Assembly: GCA_018697095.1 (NCBI GenBank)
Contig: JABHSG010000001.1
Span: 162,169 to 186,168 of the forward strand
Origin: an archaeon
GTDB lineage: Archaea; Nanobdellota; Nanobdellia; Woesearchaeales; GW2011-AR9
Reading direction: 5' to 3'
DNA length: 24,000 bases
Part shown: one piece after another, positions 23,096 to 24,000 of the stretch
Layout: each line of letters starts with the position of its first letter
Numbering within the stretch: the first letter of the stretch is position 1
The notes under the pieces: generated by a model
Databases searched by the model: none
What the model was told of the DNA's origin: nothing
Seen by the model: the letters and a program-made list of their open reading frames with translations, nothing else
Translations under genes and position numbers: made by a program

Positions 23096-23950
23096 ATGAA
23101 TCAAACAAAAGAGCAAACTGTAGCTAATAGCAAAAAAAGAAAACTTTATTTTGGTAAAAGTCTACGCAAAAAAACAGGCATTGGTTATGGGCTTAAACGC
23201 AGAAAAACTACTTGGAAGCAATTCAATATCGCTTTTACAAGAACTATAAAACAAATTCTAACAATCGATTTGGTTCGCTACATAGTTTGTTATGTGAGAA
23301 GATTATATTACTTCAAACTTCTAGGGAAAACAAGAGTATATCAAGGAAATCTAAGCTCAGTTAACAAACATACAATTGCTCACAATACAACTGGTGCTTT
23401 TAGTGATGTTGCCGTAATCAGATCAAATCAATTGATTAAACCACTATCAATTCTAGCTCCAATCAGACATAGATTAGAACAAGTAAAAGTTCTATCAATT
23501 GGTCCCAGAACAGAAGGAGAAATGTTTAATCTAATTGCAAACGGATTTTCTCCAAAAAAGATCAGAGGTCTTGATCTTGCAACATATTCTCCACTCATTG
23601 ATGTTGGCGATATGCACAAAATGCCTTATAGAAATGATGTTTTTGATGTAATCATCAGCGGTTGGGTTCTTTCATACAGCGAAGATAAAAAATTAGCTGC
23701 AAAAGAAATGGTTCGCGTAGCAAAAGATAAAGCTATTATGGCAATTGGTGTTGTATACAGCAATAAAACTTATGAGAACAAATTAAAACAAGCAAGGGGT
23801 TATGAAATCCCTGAAGAACTTTTCAGTGTAAAAGACATTCTTGCACTTTTTGGTAATCATGTTGACAAAGTATATTTTTCTCAAGATATGACTGAAGAAG
23901 ACAAAAAACGTGGTGAAAACCTTCTGGCAATATTTTCAATCAAGAAATAA
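23096..23950 (+). CDS. putative class I SAM-dependent methyltransferase-like protein with a basic N-terminal extension
   Basis: 284 aa. The region VLSIGPRTEGE...GDMHKMPYRNDVFDVIISGWVLSYSEDKKLAAKEMVRVAKDKA resembles Methyltransf_11-type motifs I and post-I to III. Motif I is atypical (GPRTEG rather than GxGxG). Confidence 0.4.
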   Translation: MNQTKEQTVANSKKRKLYFGKSLRKKTGIGYGLKRRKTTWKQFNIAFTRTIKQILTIDLVRYIVCYVRRLYYFKLLGKTRVYQGNLSSVNKHTIAHNTTGAFSDVAVIRSNQLIKPLSILAPIRHRLEQVKVLSIGPRTEGEMFNLIANGFSPKKIRGLDLATYSPLIDVGDMHKMPYRNDVFDVIISGWVLSYSEDKKLAAKEMVRVAKDKAIMAIGVVYSNKTYENKLKQARGYEIPEELFSVKDILALFGNHVDKVYFSQDMTEEDKKRGENLLAIFSIKK

Positions 23951-24000
23951 TCTTTTCCTTTTTTCATTGTAATTTAGCTTTCTTACACACCTCTTCAAAC

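Noticed and set aside
23428-23619. 63-aa minus-strand ORF in the methyltransferase-like gene
   Set aside because: Antisense shadow ORF.
1-24000. CRISPR arrays, cas genes, transposases, integrases, restriction-modification or toxin-antitoxin systems
   Set aside because: I saw no regularly spaced direct repeats and no ORF with the corresponding motifs on either strand. The only repeats are the tRNA-end copy and the hairpin pair at 10481..10667.

Overview
This is an AT-rich, gene-dense archaeal chromosomal segment (roughly one-third G+C by eye, not computed). It is most consistent with a small-genome, DPANN-like archaeon; that placement is inference. Archaeal hallmarks read from the sequence are ribosomal protein S8e, a membrane-anchored LonB protease, the ScpA kleisin, an AglH/WecA-type GT4 transferase, an S-layer protein, an intron-containing tRNA-Val, and TTTATA-type TATA boxes centred about 26-27 nt upstream of many start codons, implying leaderless mRNAs. 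I support about 21 protein genes, one tRNA, two candidate sub-threshold small ORFs, and several promoter, terminator and dyad elements. Gene order is as follows. On the minus strand: a DUF2304-like membrane protein, GT2, GT4, a citrate-synthase-fold lyase-like gene, a SucD-like gene, an ATP-grasp ACL-type beta gene, and the S-layer gene. Then a truncated Ski2/Hel308 helicase N-domain (+), an Mtq2/HemK-like methyltransferase fused to a Bud32/RIO-like kinase domain (-), and tRNA-Val(UAC) with an intron (+). Then scpA, a cysQ-like gene and lonB (+), an orphan 311-aa protein (-), rps8e (+), a small-ORF module (+), tsaC/yrdC (+), and a membrane protein (+). Then an M29 aminopeptidase and a NOL1/NOP2/Sun RNA m5C methyltransferase (-), a membrane protein (-), class I GAPDH (+), a PhyH-like oxygenase (-), and a methyltransferase-like gene (+). 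I see no CRISPR array, transposase, integrase, or recognisable defence or toxin system, so I cannot point to a clear multi-gene novel system. Five items are most worth a second look. (1) A three-gene split ATP-citrate-lyase-like (citryl-CoA synthetase/lyase type) module. (2) The methyltransferase-kinase-like fusion, which has a degenerate catalytic loop. (3) A duplicated tRNA 3' end followed by two paralogous hairpins carrying a compensatory base-pair swap. (4) A self-contained, Shine-Dalgarno-led small-ORF transcription unit among otherwise leaderless genes. (5) A helicase gene that stops after its first RecA domain. All family assignments come from motif recognition by eye; no searches were run.
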